A DNA stretch of 62,183 nt, the filler included, from Sphacelaria rigidula (Eukaryota), in the NCBI GenBank assembly GCA_964200075.2. It is 3 parts of 3 records of this genome, joined end to end, with 100 filler letters (N's around TTAATTAATTAA, not from the genome) between each part and the next. Parts side by side here need not be neighbours in the genome. Positions count along the whole stretch, not along the records: positions 1 to 20,668 come from CAXNAA020000503.1; positions 20,769 to 41,429 come from CAXNAA020000504.1; 1 more part is not named here. One strand, 5' to 3'. Under the pieces are notes generated by a model. That model was given only the letters and a program-made list of their open reading frames with translations. It was not told where the DNA came from and searched no databases. Below, piece by piece: positions 12,801 to 25,000 of this stretch. Within the stretch, counting starts at the first letter, position 1. The number at the start of each line of letters is the position of its first letter. Both the position numbers and the translations under genes were made by a program.

Positions 12801-15800
12801 CGAGGTCTGTGAAAGTCCTCAGCTCCTTCAGTTCGTTCTCGTTTTCGTTCAACTTCAGCATCGTAGCGTCGTCGTCACCCACTCCAATGAAGGCATCCTG
12901 TTGAACACGGTGAAACGTAAGATATTTCTGCGCTGTTCGAGGGGTGGACGCATATGATGCTTTGGCGGGTATACCCATGTTGTGGGTCGCCGCGTGCTCT
13001 AGCTTTGGCAGACTGGTGCCACTTCAAAACTAAATAACTTTTGTCATGTTCGATAGCACCTATATCACGAGCGCCACAACTACGATATAGTAGTGTGACG
13101 ATTTTCACGTCGAGACGATCTCACTAACACTTCATCGACGTGGTAGGCACCTGGAGTACACCGGGAGTCGCCTGGACCTCCCCACCATTTGTTCAAATAA
13201 TGGGTTTGGGCTTGAGCTAGAAGTAGCGTTGGGTTTGTCAGAACACCGAGCTATCTCGCCCACCTGGAAGATATCGACGGTTTCGTTCTGCTGCAAAGAC
13301 TGTTCCACCGCGGGCGCAACCTTCCTGAGGAAAGAAACCATGCCTTCACATGCCATCATCTTGGACACCTGTCATCACGGGGAACGATGATATGCACGGG
13401 TTAACAGCAACGATGCTCCACAGCACACCATGTTCGCTCTCTAGTGAGATTTCGGAGGGCATTTACCACTGTACGCGCCCCGCACAGCAGTGTTCGAACT
13501 TGGCGTGAGCCAGAGGAAATTCACCCCTAGCGTTGCATGAATGCGATGTCAAAATCTATCATATCAGCACACTTCGTGCAGCATATGCGCCATCTTTCAG
13601 TGAGCCCTTCGATTCGAGTCATCACCACCACTCCTGAATGGGCGAGTGAAGGAGGTGTCCGCGACTTTGCAAATTCTTCGCGGCAGCTCTACTTTCCTCC
13701 GACACTCTTGTTTGCAGCCAACCACAAAGGCATCGGTCGTTTGCTATTAGCTATGGGTAATTTGGACAATACGAATAACACTAGAGACCCTTTTCAGAAC
13801 AAGCACTGTTGATAGATACCCGCGTCCTACGTCTTTTTGCGCTTGCCTCCTACCTCTTCTCGCTCGTAGTGCATGGTGGAGTACTGCACGGAGGCGTGCA
13901 CGCTACGAAACCACGTGGTCTGCGAAGCGGTTGAGCAGCTCTCCGCTGCGGCCTGACAGACAGAATCCATGAGCTTCCTGTCCGGATTGGTCGGATCGTA
14001 CGGCATGAAACTCGTCGCCATGTACTTTCTGATACCTATCTGGATTCGCAAACATCGTGTACGGTTGTAAAAAGTCGGGTTGGAACGATTGAATGAAAGT
14101 GCCATACTCGGAATTTCAATGGGCGGCGTCAGCTGCATTGAACGAAATAAACCGCCATAAATAATTGTCGATGTCTGACGAGTTTTGGCAACATAACATT
14201 TATGGTACCATGGTTATGCACACTTGTGCCAGAAACAGTTCGAATAACCGGAGTGGTGACTTGTGCTAGGGAGTCAGTCCTGCATTATCGTGCAACGGCC
14301 ATTCGAGATACCATACCCATCTAGGATATCTATCTGGGGTATGGGCATCTATGGACATTCACCCACGATATCACATAGCAAAGAGATGTCAATTGAGGAT
14401 GTCCATCGGAGGTAAATATCTTCTGTTTCTTTTTGTCACACTTTGGACCCCTCCCCGTCCTCGGGATGGTTCCGTGTCCTCAAATCTCAGGGAATCAACC
14501 CATCTCTCCCCGGCTACACGCCTTATTTTTTGGTATCGCGCATTGGATAATGCTCATCAGCACCTTCGCACCGCGCCAACTTTCACCGAAAGGATGCAGT
14601 GAAACAAACTATTTTTGCTACCCATGTTCCATTTCGTTCAATAGGAATCAGGTACTGTGAAAAAAACGACGAAACTAAATGTCCATATTCCAGGCAAAGG
14701 TCCATTCACAACATGGACATCCTAGATTGATCTGATATCCCAGATGGATATTCCAGATAGATGCCCACATCCAGATGGACATTCGTGTGGGAGGTAATAG
14801 CCCAGATGGAAGTCCATCCGGGGGGTAATGTCCCAGGTAGAAGTTGCACGAAACCTTGGAGCGGATATTAGAATGTCCAATGCAGCGATACGATGGGCAA
14901 TGTACATACAAGACGTTGAAAGGGTTGGGTGCGCATACTTCATTACAACGTCCGGGTACCTCTTTGGCCACCCACGTGGCCACCTCGACCCCCTGTAGAT
15001 CGTCCTTTCGTTACCTTTGCCATATAGTCATCAGTTAGCCAGTCGTGCGCATCCCGGTCCGCTAGCTTGCAAGGTACGCCGAAGCTCCGCCGAGGTCGGG
15101 TCATAGCCATCATCACAAGGGGTCGTTCCGCCTTTACTGTCAAACTTTCCACCTGAGGCAGTCAGTTTGACCAGATATGAGCAGTAGGGAGAGCAGAGAA
15201 AACGTCGCTGCGTGGGTTTTTCATCATGACCTGTGTTGGATCGGGTACTTTGTGGGAGGGGCTGTAAGTGTGGTGACAAGAGAATTTTCAGGAAGCTTCT
15301 CCACAATCGTGCACTGCGAAACATAGGGCGATCTCGCCCGTTTTTGCTTGATCTGGCGAGTGATGACCCATTATCACAAACGGCGAAGACTGATATCTTT
15401 CGCTACATTAATCCATCGCCTTCCCCATAAATACTTGGTGAGCAATACTATAGCTCGACGGAAGGCCTTCCCCATAAATACTTGGTGAGCAATACTATAG
15501 CTCGCCGAGATGCTCTCTGTTGTGTCATTGTGCTAACACTCCCACAGAGATGTCATGTGCATAACCTTTTCCACTAGCTTGTTTGATCGATTGATTGTCG
15601 CGCATTACCTGATTCTCGGGAGACCCAGCCTCCGTCATAACATGTAACATAGACGTACCCAAGGTAAGCGAACGGAAACGGAGGTTAGATGCCATTGTTC
15701 AAGCGATAATCCTATGGCGCACCTCCCGAGCGGTGTCCACGGCTGTTAACGAGTCCCAAGGGCGAGGAACGATGGGCTTGTCTTCATACACGGGCTTGCG

Positions 15801-18800
15801 ATTGGCCTCTTCTTCGGCCAGTCGAGCCGCCTGCTCAAGGACCGAAAGAAGAAGTTCGAAGCTTGAGCTTTGCCGTACTCACAGTACTGAACATGGCATC
15901 GTCGGTGTGGAATTTGAGAGCGTGCATTTAAGAACTCCGGGTACGCGATATCTGCACCGGGTTTTCCCTAAGAGAAGTTGTCGAACGTTTTCCTGCGGCT
16001 CCATAGTGGTCTGAAAAACTCAACGATCACCGGTGAAGACCGATGATTGAAGATGGAATATTATAATCCCGACATTTACGATTTGGTTCAGCTGAGTACA
16101 GTTCTCGTCGTTGAAAAAGCGCCAGGACGTGAGCAGCAAATGTAAAGTTGACGAGTGCCGACGCGTTGCTGGAGTAGTGATGAGCATGATTCAATCCGAT
16201 TCCAAAATATCAGGCAGGCACCGAGGGAGACATTGGTTGATCTCATGAGACTCCGGACTCGTCTCGAGGAAGACGACGGGTTTAAAGTGCGACGAAGAAC
16301 AAGAAAGTTGAAAAACGCCTCCTCTATGAAGTGGTGCAAGCACATTAGTTTCGCTGGGCTGTACCTTCCACTCTAGGACGGTTGGCTATAAGCCAATGAT
16401 ATTAAGAGAAAGGTACCTTGACGTAGCGTCAATTCAAATTCTCCAATATACTGCTCCAAGACGCATTCATGGACATTTCTGTACCTCAAAGAGATCAGTT
16501 TTTAGCGCTTTTCCGTATAATTACTGAAAAAGCCCGTTGAAGCAGCCAACGTCGAGACTACAGTGCAAGTGTAATACATGTCAGAGATCATCTCCATTAT
16601 GGTTCATGTCATAAATCAGGTTCTGAGTACTCGATGTGTACCTTTATCAAGAGGCACAGCTGAAAAAGGGGAGTCACGTGGGACGTTGAATGCGTTTGGT
16701 TCGAAGTTGTGCCGCACATTCGGGTCTCTAAACATCCATCAACGGTCTGGGTGAGTTTTTGAGATTCAACATTTGGGTGAGGTTCCACTCGAAAACAGTG
16801 CTTTCCCTGACCTAACGTCATGACCAATGAATTTCATATGGACGACCTCATGCCCTCCGACCCCCTTAAAATTATTTTTGGGGGTTGCCCGTCTCCCGTG
16901 CCCCCAAAGTGTATATGCGAAAGCACCAATTTCGGGCGAAAAGCGTCCGCTTTGTCGCCCCGATATCGAGGCAAAAAGGTGCTAAAAGAAATATATTTGA
17001 CGCAGAGACACTACATGCACTCAATCTCGATATTGATCATGACTTTAGGTCAGGGAAAGCACTGTTTTTGCGTTGAACCTCACCCAAATGTTGAACCTCA
17101 AAAACGGATCCAGGCTGTTCATCCGACGCAACGCAGTCTCCAGCGAGTTCTTCGAAGACCCAGTACCGGCAGGTGATATTCGTCGACAACTCAACTATTG
17201 CAGATTAACATTAGCTATGGCGGCTCTGCTTTCAGTTCACCAGGAATGCTCACTCGAAATCGGTCCGTTTCGGTGTTTTCCCGTATTCATTTCGTTCTCT
17301 ATGCGAGCTGGGCCGGCCAAGAAACGGATTTAAGCTGTCAAAGCAATATCTCATCGACACAAACGAGTTGGGTCGCGATCCGCATTTCGTATTAATCGTC
17401 CGATCATGGGGAAGGAATCAAATGCTCTCAAAAGTCTAGACCATTGTTTGCTCGTTGACTAAATCCCATGTCAAGTAATTCCTGTACCGTACGGAGATAG
17501 CGTACACACTAAATTCTATATGAAGCCCGGAACGATATATACAGCGGATGATGACGATTTTTGATGTGGACATTCCCTGGAGTACGGGGAAACGATCGAT
17601 ACCCTCACTTCTGCCTTATTCGTTGTCTGTCTAGAGATATGGCGCACATAAGGTTCTCTACTAGAATCAATATATTTGGAGCAGAGACACTACATGCACT
17701 AAATCTGGATAATATTGTGTCTCAGCCTTCAAGAGTTGTGTTTTCAAATTTCATATGGAGAACCGCTAGTGCATGATGAAGAAAAAAAAAGCCGTCTTTC
17801 CTTCATTTTTTTCATTTTTTTAGGGGAGTTTTGAGGAATAATGGACAATGCTCTCGAATCTTATCTTAGTTTTTCAGCTCAATTTTAAGAATTGAGATGT
17901 GAAATTTATCATCGAGAATCGCAAAGGCATGCGGAAGGAAAAAAAATGTGCCCTTCACTTGTTTTTTGAGAGAGGTGTGGGCGTTCTCGTGAAAATCTGG
18001 TCTTTACTATACTAAAACGTCCTAAACAAGTGAAAAATAATGCATATATACATCAACCTTTCCCGCTTGTTTTGGTGGTCCGTTATGGCCTAGCGAGGTC
18101 CCACAAAAAGATTCAAAAGACAAGCACCAAATATTGTTCCGAATTTCGCCCAGCCCGGTTTCGAAATCGTCCCGTCGACACTCAATCTTGGAAGTTGGGC
18201 TTTCAAATTTGGTACGGAGAAATAATAAGGCATACTAATTTTTTTTGAAGCAGCACATCGAGTTTTTTCGTTCCGTGAGTTGACGGCATATTCCCGAAAA
18301 CTACAGTAGTGGGGGTCTAACTGTTCATTTTGTGGCATTTTGTGATTTTTTCGTAATTGGCTATTTTCTTGGGCTCTTTCCGCTTGCCACCCCTTATCAC
18401 ATCGGGGATCTCAAGATATTTGTGTCCGCTTCACATTCCGAGAAAAAAACCCTCTGTATTCAATTTTGAGTGACTTACGGGCTGACCGGTCATGGGGGAC
18501 CCTGCCACGTTTCAGCCCAGATTCTTACTCTTCTGTATTTTCGGTCGATCGAGCCCGTCCCGATCATATTTGCAAAAAAATGTACACTTTTACTTTTTTG
18601 AGATTCTGCCTACTCAGTGCACTAGGGCCGAAAAACTGTGTGTTCACGGTCAATAACACCCTCCTGATGAACGGGGTATGTCCTCGTTTCGCCCGATAAC
18701 ACCAACTAAGACTGACTTTGGCACTATGTTTTGAAGATGATCTGTTTTGTTGTACCAAAATGTACCGACGCTAGCAATTCCGAGTTCTATCGAAGTGTAT

Positions 18801-19971
18801 TACGCGAGGAAAACCCCCAAATACCCCTATATAGTTAGACCGCCCACTACTGTAGGTTATGATTATTGCCACTAGCTCACGAAAAAAAAGTCAATGTGCT
18901 GCTTGACACTTTTTTAGCATGCCTTATTCTTTCTCTGTACCAAATTTGAAGGTCAAACTCCCAAAATCAAGTGTCGACGGGGTCTGCAAACCAAAAATGC
19001 ATTTCTTGGCCGGCCCAGCTCGTAGGGTTGCCTTTTTTTCGCTGGGGAAACAAGCAACCTTGGACCATTTGGCCTTTACACGGCGCATGTGCCCGTTGGA
19101 CTGTATGTTGACCATTGTTACACTTTGGGGGGTAATCAAAAACTATCGAGGGTCACAAAATGAAGAAAGAAAATACCTTGTTAAACCTGTGATCTCACAT
19201 GAATCTCACGTATTCTGCTTGCTGAGCAGAGAACTTATTGCACATGGCGACACAGCGACCTTGAGAGAATCTTAGAACGTTCACGTTGTGGTGAGAGAAG
19301 CGATGTGTGCACGGCATAGTGGAAAGTTGTGGTGAGACTTCCTGCTGTGAAAACGCTGGACTTGGATACTGCCAACTTCACCGCGACGGGAACGCCGTGA
19401 TATCCGCGTCAAAGTTTTTTGAAGGCATCGATGCTCAGCTATGATACGGTGCCTTCAGCTCAAAGCACACAAACAATACCATACGTTTCCCGTGGCGTCA
19501 GAGCTCTGTTGAGGCATAAAGATACGCACGTGGGCGAGTACACGTGTGAAAGACTTCAAGGGAATCAGCTTGGAACAACACTCCCGAATTTGATCTGCAA
19601 CTGTGCTCCCTGTTGGTATGTACGTACCGCCATTGTCCTCTACACTGGTTCTCCAAAGTATCACAAGAAACAGGTACCCAACTTAACGGCATTGTCGCTC
19701 TGCTGTCGGCGAATCAGCGGGTATCCGCTGATGGCCAATACAGTACAACATCACCACACACATGATGCCGTTTAAACCAACGAACTGCATCGTACCGCAC
19801 CTCTTCTTCTGCCGCTAAGCGCGCCTTGTCCGCCTCTTCGCCCGCCTTAACATCCACGATTTGGGCTTCGAACGCCTCCGCCGTGTAGGTGAAGAAAAAC
19901 TGCTCGCCGTACACTTTATCGGGGTCTCGTACCAGCAAAATTTCCTCTAATGGACACCCCTCGAGGTCGGC
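876..19971 (-). CDS. WDR63: Axonemal dynein intermediate chain, WD40 (WDR63/DNAI3/IC140 family), 5'-partial, 18 exons
   Basis: Manually spliced GT-AG exons: 19801-19971, 15723-15830, 15015-15152, 13854-14039, 13264-13368, 12784-12897, 10833-10934, 10390-10503, 8920-9162, 7895-8005, 7447-7578, 6541-6669, 5783-6069, 4774-4964, 4184-4355, 3409-3619, 1366-1460, 876-983 (TGA). Phases are compatible except for one frameshift in a G10 run at 5943-5952. Peptides LLVRDPDKVYGEQF, QTTWFRSVHASVQY, VEQSLQQNETVDIF, LKELRTFTDL, LLWDFADLIHPMLKIESPHEIFCFRFNP, VVGGAINGQVVAWD, LLSVGDWSFQIWK, WSPTRPGMLFLGKVDGSMDVWD and LLTVGDAAGNLHVYDVP resemble the WDR63 family as I recall it. The first exon(s) are lost at the contig end. 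Confidence 0.9.
3762..3895. repeat. (CAT)n microsatellite, degenerate 3' half
   Basis: catcatcatcat... run within a WDR63 intron; it generates the spurious poly-His/Ile/Met ORFs. Confidence 0.95.
4678..4768 (-). repeat. Dispersed repeat family copy (core GTACTCATTTGTTGCTTGCCTTAGTCGTTTGACCATTGACCACGCAACCCTTTCGAGACGGAGCAC)
   Basis: Reverse complement of the copies at ~5060-5137, ~10125-10270 and ~61810-61886. Confidence 0.85.
5060..5137 (+). repeat. Same dispersed repeat, opposite orientation to 4678-4768
   Basis: gtactcatttgttgcttgccttagtcatttgaccattgacgatgcatccctttcgagacgg. Confidence 0.85.
5226..5282. repeat. 14-bp minisatellite (TGATATTACAATAG) x4
   Basis: Direct tandem copies visible; the last is degenerate. 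Confidence 0.9.
8165..8525 (-). mobile_element. tRNA-derived SINE
   Basis: The minus strand starts GGTCGCCCCGGTGGCTCAGGTGG (A box) ... GGTTCAAATC (B box) and ends in a (CA)n-like tail. Related copy at ~33310-33833; tail fragments at 20601-20668 and 41357-41428. Confidence 0.8.
10125..10270 (+). repeat. Longer copy of the GTACTCATTTGTTGC dispersed repeat
   Basis: Core matches 5060-5137. Its 5' part (gagatgggttggtcccttgagaccacagactcgtccc) recurs inverted at ~11830-11880 and ~14460-14520. Confidence 0.75.
14291..14848. mobile_element. Putative non-autonomous element with GTGCAAC...GTTGCAC ends and internal degenerate CATCCAGATGGA-type repeats
   Basis: Starts gtgcaacgg, ends gttgcac. Similar internal repeats at ~54090-54350 and ~54830-55090, and similar termini at 24242-24518. 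Confidence 0.5.
15419..15505. repeat. Short direct tandem duplication
   Basis: ccttccccataaatacttggtgagcaatactatagctcg occurs twice, ~48 bp apart. Confidence 0.9.
16752..19030. mobile_element. AT-rich foldback-like DNA transposon remnants with nested inverted repeats
   Basis: Inverted pairs: ~16755-16828 / ~17031-17105; ~18170-18323 / ~18833-18980; ~17300-17324 / ~19002-19024. Segment ~17320-17710 recurs inverted at ~43390-43780. Confidence 0.6.
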
Positions 19972-20668
19972 CTGAAGGTATCGTAGGCAAGGTCGAATCC
20001 AAGGGAGGTTGGTCGATTGATCGTCGCACGTTTGCTGATGCGCTTAGGATCCAGCCGTGGCCACGAGATAGAGATACGCAAGGAAATTAAAAAACATAGT
20101 CGCCGGAAACAAATCGAGGAGGGCGGGCTGGCGGGGGTGGAGGTGGATTCACGCAGAGTGTATTGGAATAAAGCAGCAAATATGAGAATGGGGAAACAAC
20201 GAGAACGCCAGACTTGCGCTTAGCACCAGTCCCGAGAACCCCCCGACAGGACCCTGCCACAATATCAGGAAAAAAGACCTCGCGAAAATTATCCGGGACC
20301 GCACTATTCGGGTAGGAAGTCTCGCTTGCCAGCGGTGCAGGGGCACGACACAAACACCAATACGCTTCAGAGGGAGAAATGTCAAGAAAATACTAGGAGG
20401 GAACTGGAAGAAATGAAGCAAGCAAGAAAAAAAGGGGGACGAGCGATATATCACCGGGCATATGCATGTGCTTCATCGACCTGCAGAAGCGTACGACTTC
20501 GTAGACGGCATACTCCCATAGGAAGTGTTTATGCGCCTCGGAGACCCAGTATGGATTGTCAAGGTCATCCGTGTTTTTTCGCGATGGCATGCGAGCTTCG
20601 GTGTGTGTGTGTGTGTTGTCGTCCCATTTATTCTGGGCACCAGTCTACACCTTTCGGTGTATGTGGGT

Positions 20669-20768
20669 NNNNNNNNNNNNNNNNNNNNNNNNNNNNNNNN
20701 NNNNNNNNNNNNTTAATTAATTAANNNNNNNNNNNNNNNNNNNNNNNNNNNNNNNNNNNNNNNNNNNN
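20669..20768. other. Artificial contig linker (N-TTAATTAATTAA-N)
   Basis: 100-nt N block with a central ttaattaattaa (stops in all frames); identical structure at 41430-41529. Confidence 0.95.
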
Positions 20769-22034
20769 TCACACGAATATTCATGTTATGCTCCCGCTAC
20801 TGTCCCCGCGCGAATGATTCGTCACCCCATCGATCAGCATGAAGTGCTCCACAAAACATACCATGTACAACCCATCTATCATCATCCGCGGCGGACTTTC
20901 GCATACACTACTGTTGACACCGGACACACCGCTCGCACGATTACCTTCTATCCACCCTACGTACGCGCGGACAACAAACTGAATGTGGATCGGAACGATC
21001 AGCACGCCCCCACCCTCACTACTTCCGAGGCTTCCACGCAGGCGAAGTCAGAATTTACTTGGGAATAAAGGGGGCGCACTCCCCCTTCGTCAAACGCAAC
21101 ACACACAAATAACTCAACCAATGACGGAAATGAAGAGGACGCACTCGCTGTCGCCAACGTCATCTACAATGCAATTGCGCCCTTGCAAAAACAGCAACTG
21201 AGCCTTCGATTTGACTGCGAAACGTGATACAATCGTAACACGCACTACTAGACAATAGCCTCCACTCGAAGCTGCACAGAGTCATGAGATGAAAACACTC
21301 TTTGCTGTCAACAGCCACGGCGCCTCGTCTGACGGCAGTTTCCGACGGTACGTTTTGGCTGCGTGAACCTGGAACGACGAACTCATCGCTTAGGTGCATG
21401 ACTCGCCCGAGGATCACGTACCCTACGTTGTTACAAGATCTCGTGTCGAGATGAAGCGTCTTGGCAGTGCTGCTTCTACTACGCGGGCGTGTCAGTTAAC
21501 TCCCACCGCACCGTCGCGGACGTGTTGGATGACATCCGGCGCACCGCCGGGTCGCCGCCCGCACACATATTTCACCATGCCGTTGCCCTTTCGCCTCTTG
21601 CACCCCCTACCTCGCCTCGACGGTGTGCTCCAAGGCTCATGTTTTGGGACAGTTTGTCCACGCCGAGTCTTGTTCCTGCTTTGCAGCATGTCGTGGTGGA
21701 ACGAGAGGGTCGGAGAGTCGACAGCGCGAGGGGCGTTCGTTGCTCGAAGTATACTCGACAGCGAAGGGTACAAGCTTACTACAACGGTGGAGACACGGTG
21801 CATGAGGAGATGCGGTGAGCAACGCGGGATTGACTCTGCAGACCCATGGCGAAGAGCACGCGGGAAACGGAGGCCGACACTGCCTTGCTCCGTCTCTTGT
21901 CTTTCCTCTTTCGCGCGGTGTCGGCACCGGACATCCCTTGCGAGAGGACACCAGGCAACAACAGCTGTATGAAAAAGTACTAATCGTCACCGCACGCAAT
22001 CACAGTGCCCCATGCATACCGGAGTCGGACTTAC

Positions 22035-25000
22035 AGTCATCGCTCTCCTTGCTGTCTTTGTCATCTTTGCTGTCCCTGTCATCCTTGCTGTCCTTGCCGC
22101 CCCTCCTCCTCTTGCCACCCCTCTCCCTCTTCCCGCCCCTCTTCTTGCAGCAGTCGCGCTTGTCGCAGTCACCGTCGCATGTGATGTCGCCCCCCACAGA
22201 CTTCCACCCCTTGGGACAACGGTAGTCGCGGCACTTCTTGTCTTCTGTCGCAGCCAGACGGAACCACAGGGTCACCCAATGTGAGGAATATCAAGCTAGA
22301 AGTGTTCCCGACGCAGCAGTCGTCGATCGCATCGTATCGACATCACATCTCGGGATACCCTTGACGGCAAGTCGCTCGCTCTTGTCGAATACTAGTTCAA
22401 ATATACTCTTGACCATACAATGCACTGGACAGACTGTCGGCGACAGATACCGCCTGCTCTTAGTTCACCTCGCGGCGGCGCCAACCCGGGCGCAGCAGCG
22501 TCATCAGGTATTTGAACCAGTGGTGGCGTGGGCATCACACTCGATGATATCGACCGCGACTGCAAGTACCGGGTCTTCTACACTGCTTACCCTTCTCGCA
22601 ACACTCGCGCTTGTCGCATTCGTCGCGGCACTTCTTGTCACCGACGTTTTGGAAGCCGCTGGGGCACGTGTAGTCGTCCTTGCACGTCTTCACCTCTGAG
22701 GATGACACGGGAGGTAGCAAGAGAACGCCATTGTCGCGTCAAGTAACAGTGGCACGCTACGGAGGGACAGGCCAAGCGAGAATGAAGCTCCATCTTTCCC
22801 CACCCCTGCTTCTAGCGGGGACACCTGAAACGTTTCTTTTCTTCTTCTTCACTGGTTGTAAAACGCGTACAAATCTGCATGGCATGTGATTCATATCGAA
22901 GTTACAGCGAAGCCCCAGGTAGTCTGGTGCCCGGTTTGTTGTCGCCACGTCAAGGTCGCGATCGGGACGAATGGGTAATCGAGATTGACGCAGGGGATGC
23001 ACGACTCGTCATTCCACATCCGCAGAGAACAAGTGTTCCCAGTATTTCGGCCGACGCTTTTGGTTGCATCCAAGTCAAGTGTCGATTACGACTGCTGGCA
23101 TCGGATCCTCCGAATACTCACCCTTCTCGCAACATTCGCGCTGATCGCACTTGCCGCTGCACTCCTTGTCACCGCGGTTGAGGTAGCCGTCAGGGCACTT
23201 GAAGTCGTCCTTGCATGTCTTCACCTCTGCGAAGAATACAGCAGCGGACGGATGAACGTCACTGTGGCGTTCGAGCTACAGTAACATATTGTGCGTGAGT
23301 TCTGAAGATGTGCGGTGGACCGCTCCACTGTGCCCCTGTGCCGTGCACCGATACGTTCGACAGGGACTATCGCACAGCATGGTTGTTGTTACACGAAAGT
23401 GCTGCCGTTGGTGCTGCGCTTCTGCCCCCCCAGGGTCTACACCACAGTCACGGCATCAGACGCCGGGTCCTACGATAGGGACGGGGAGTCTGCACGATCC
23501 TACCCCGTGTTGATGAACCTCTGTGTGGGAAACACATTGTCAAGTGATTTTTGATACGTGCATCATGCTGACATCGAGTTCTACTCGCATGAGAGCTGCT
23601 TCCAGCGACGTTGTACCGAGCGAGTGTACCATCACGACTTTCGGCGACACTGACAACACGTTGTGACTCATGTCTGATGACTGATCTCTGGTGACTCTTG
23701 TTTTCGTGTCGTAGCAAAAACGCTCCGGACCATCATCGATCACACAGCCGTGTTGATCGTCCATGTGAGACCTACATAACCCGCAGTGTGTAGCGAGCGT
23801 CTTGTGCTGTGGAGCGTACCCACAGCGAAGACCGGCCTTGGGGTATTGCGTTTTTCGTTGACTCACCCTTCTCGCAACACTCGCGCTTGTCGCATTCGTC
23901 GCGGCACTTCTTGTCACCGACGTTCAGGAAGCCGCTGGGGCACGTGTAGTCGTCCTTGCACGTCTTCACCTCTGAGAATGACACGGGGGGTAGCAAGATA
24001 ACACCATCGTCGCGTCAAGTAACAGCCGCGCACTACGGAGGCACGCTACGGAGGAACAGGCCAGGCGAGGATGCAACTTTGTATTGCTTCACCTCTGCTT
24101 CTAGTGGGGAAAAAAACTAAAACGTGTTCTTTTCTTCTTGTTCGCTGTGTATCGGTGTTGCAACGGAGCCACGAATAGTCTGGTGAAGCCCAGCTTTTTG
24201 TCGCCCAGTCAAGGTCGCGATCGGGACGAATGGATCATGACGTGCAAGGCTTTCACGTCTGGGAGGTTTCCTCTCCGTACGGGTTTCAAGTTCGAAGTAT
24301 AGAACCAATTTCCGCGACAACTCTGCAGAGTTGTCCCTCGACCACGATAGTGGCTTCGGTTCTCGAATGTTCAGCCCAAGGTATCATGACATCATATTTG
24401 GCGTAGAAATTGATGCATCGGAGACGAGTGTCTACATGTCGACGAGTCCAGTTTTCTATCCTGCATCCCGACCTCGGAATTTCTGCATCGGTCTCTAGGT
24501 TCAGAGATACCGTTGCACCGACGCGAGGGGTGCACGACTCGTCATTCCACATCCGCATAGGACGAATGATGTCCCCAGTATTTTGGTCAACGTTTTTGGT
24601 CGCATCCAAGTCAAGTGCCGGTTACGACTGCTGGCATCGGATCCTCCGAATACTCACCCTTCTCGCAGCACTCGCGCTGGTCGCACTTGCCGCTGCACTC
24701 CTTGTCGCCGCGGTTCCGATATCCGCGGGGGCAGGTAAAGTCATCTTTGCATGTCTTCACCTCTGCGAAGAACACGGCAGCCGACGAATGGATGTCACTG
24801 TGGCGTTCGAGCTACAGGAACGTATCGCACGGCATCGTTGTTGTTCCACGAAAGTGCTGCCGTTGGTGCTGCGCTTCAGCCCCCCCAGGGTCCACACCAC
24901 AGTCACGGCATCAGACGCCGGATCCTCCTACGATAGGGGCTGGGAGTCTCGTACGACCTCACCCCGTGGTGACACCTTCTACGTTAGCCCCCCCCCCCCA

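Noticed and set aside
20713-20724. TTAATTAATTAA palindrome (also at 41474-41485)
   Set aside because: Embedded in N runs; an artificial contig spacer, so gene adjacency across it is not biological evidence
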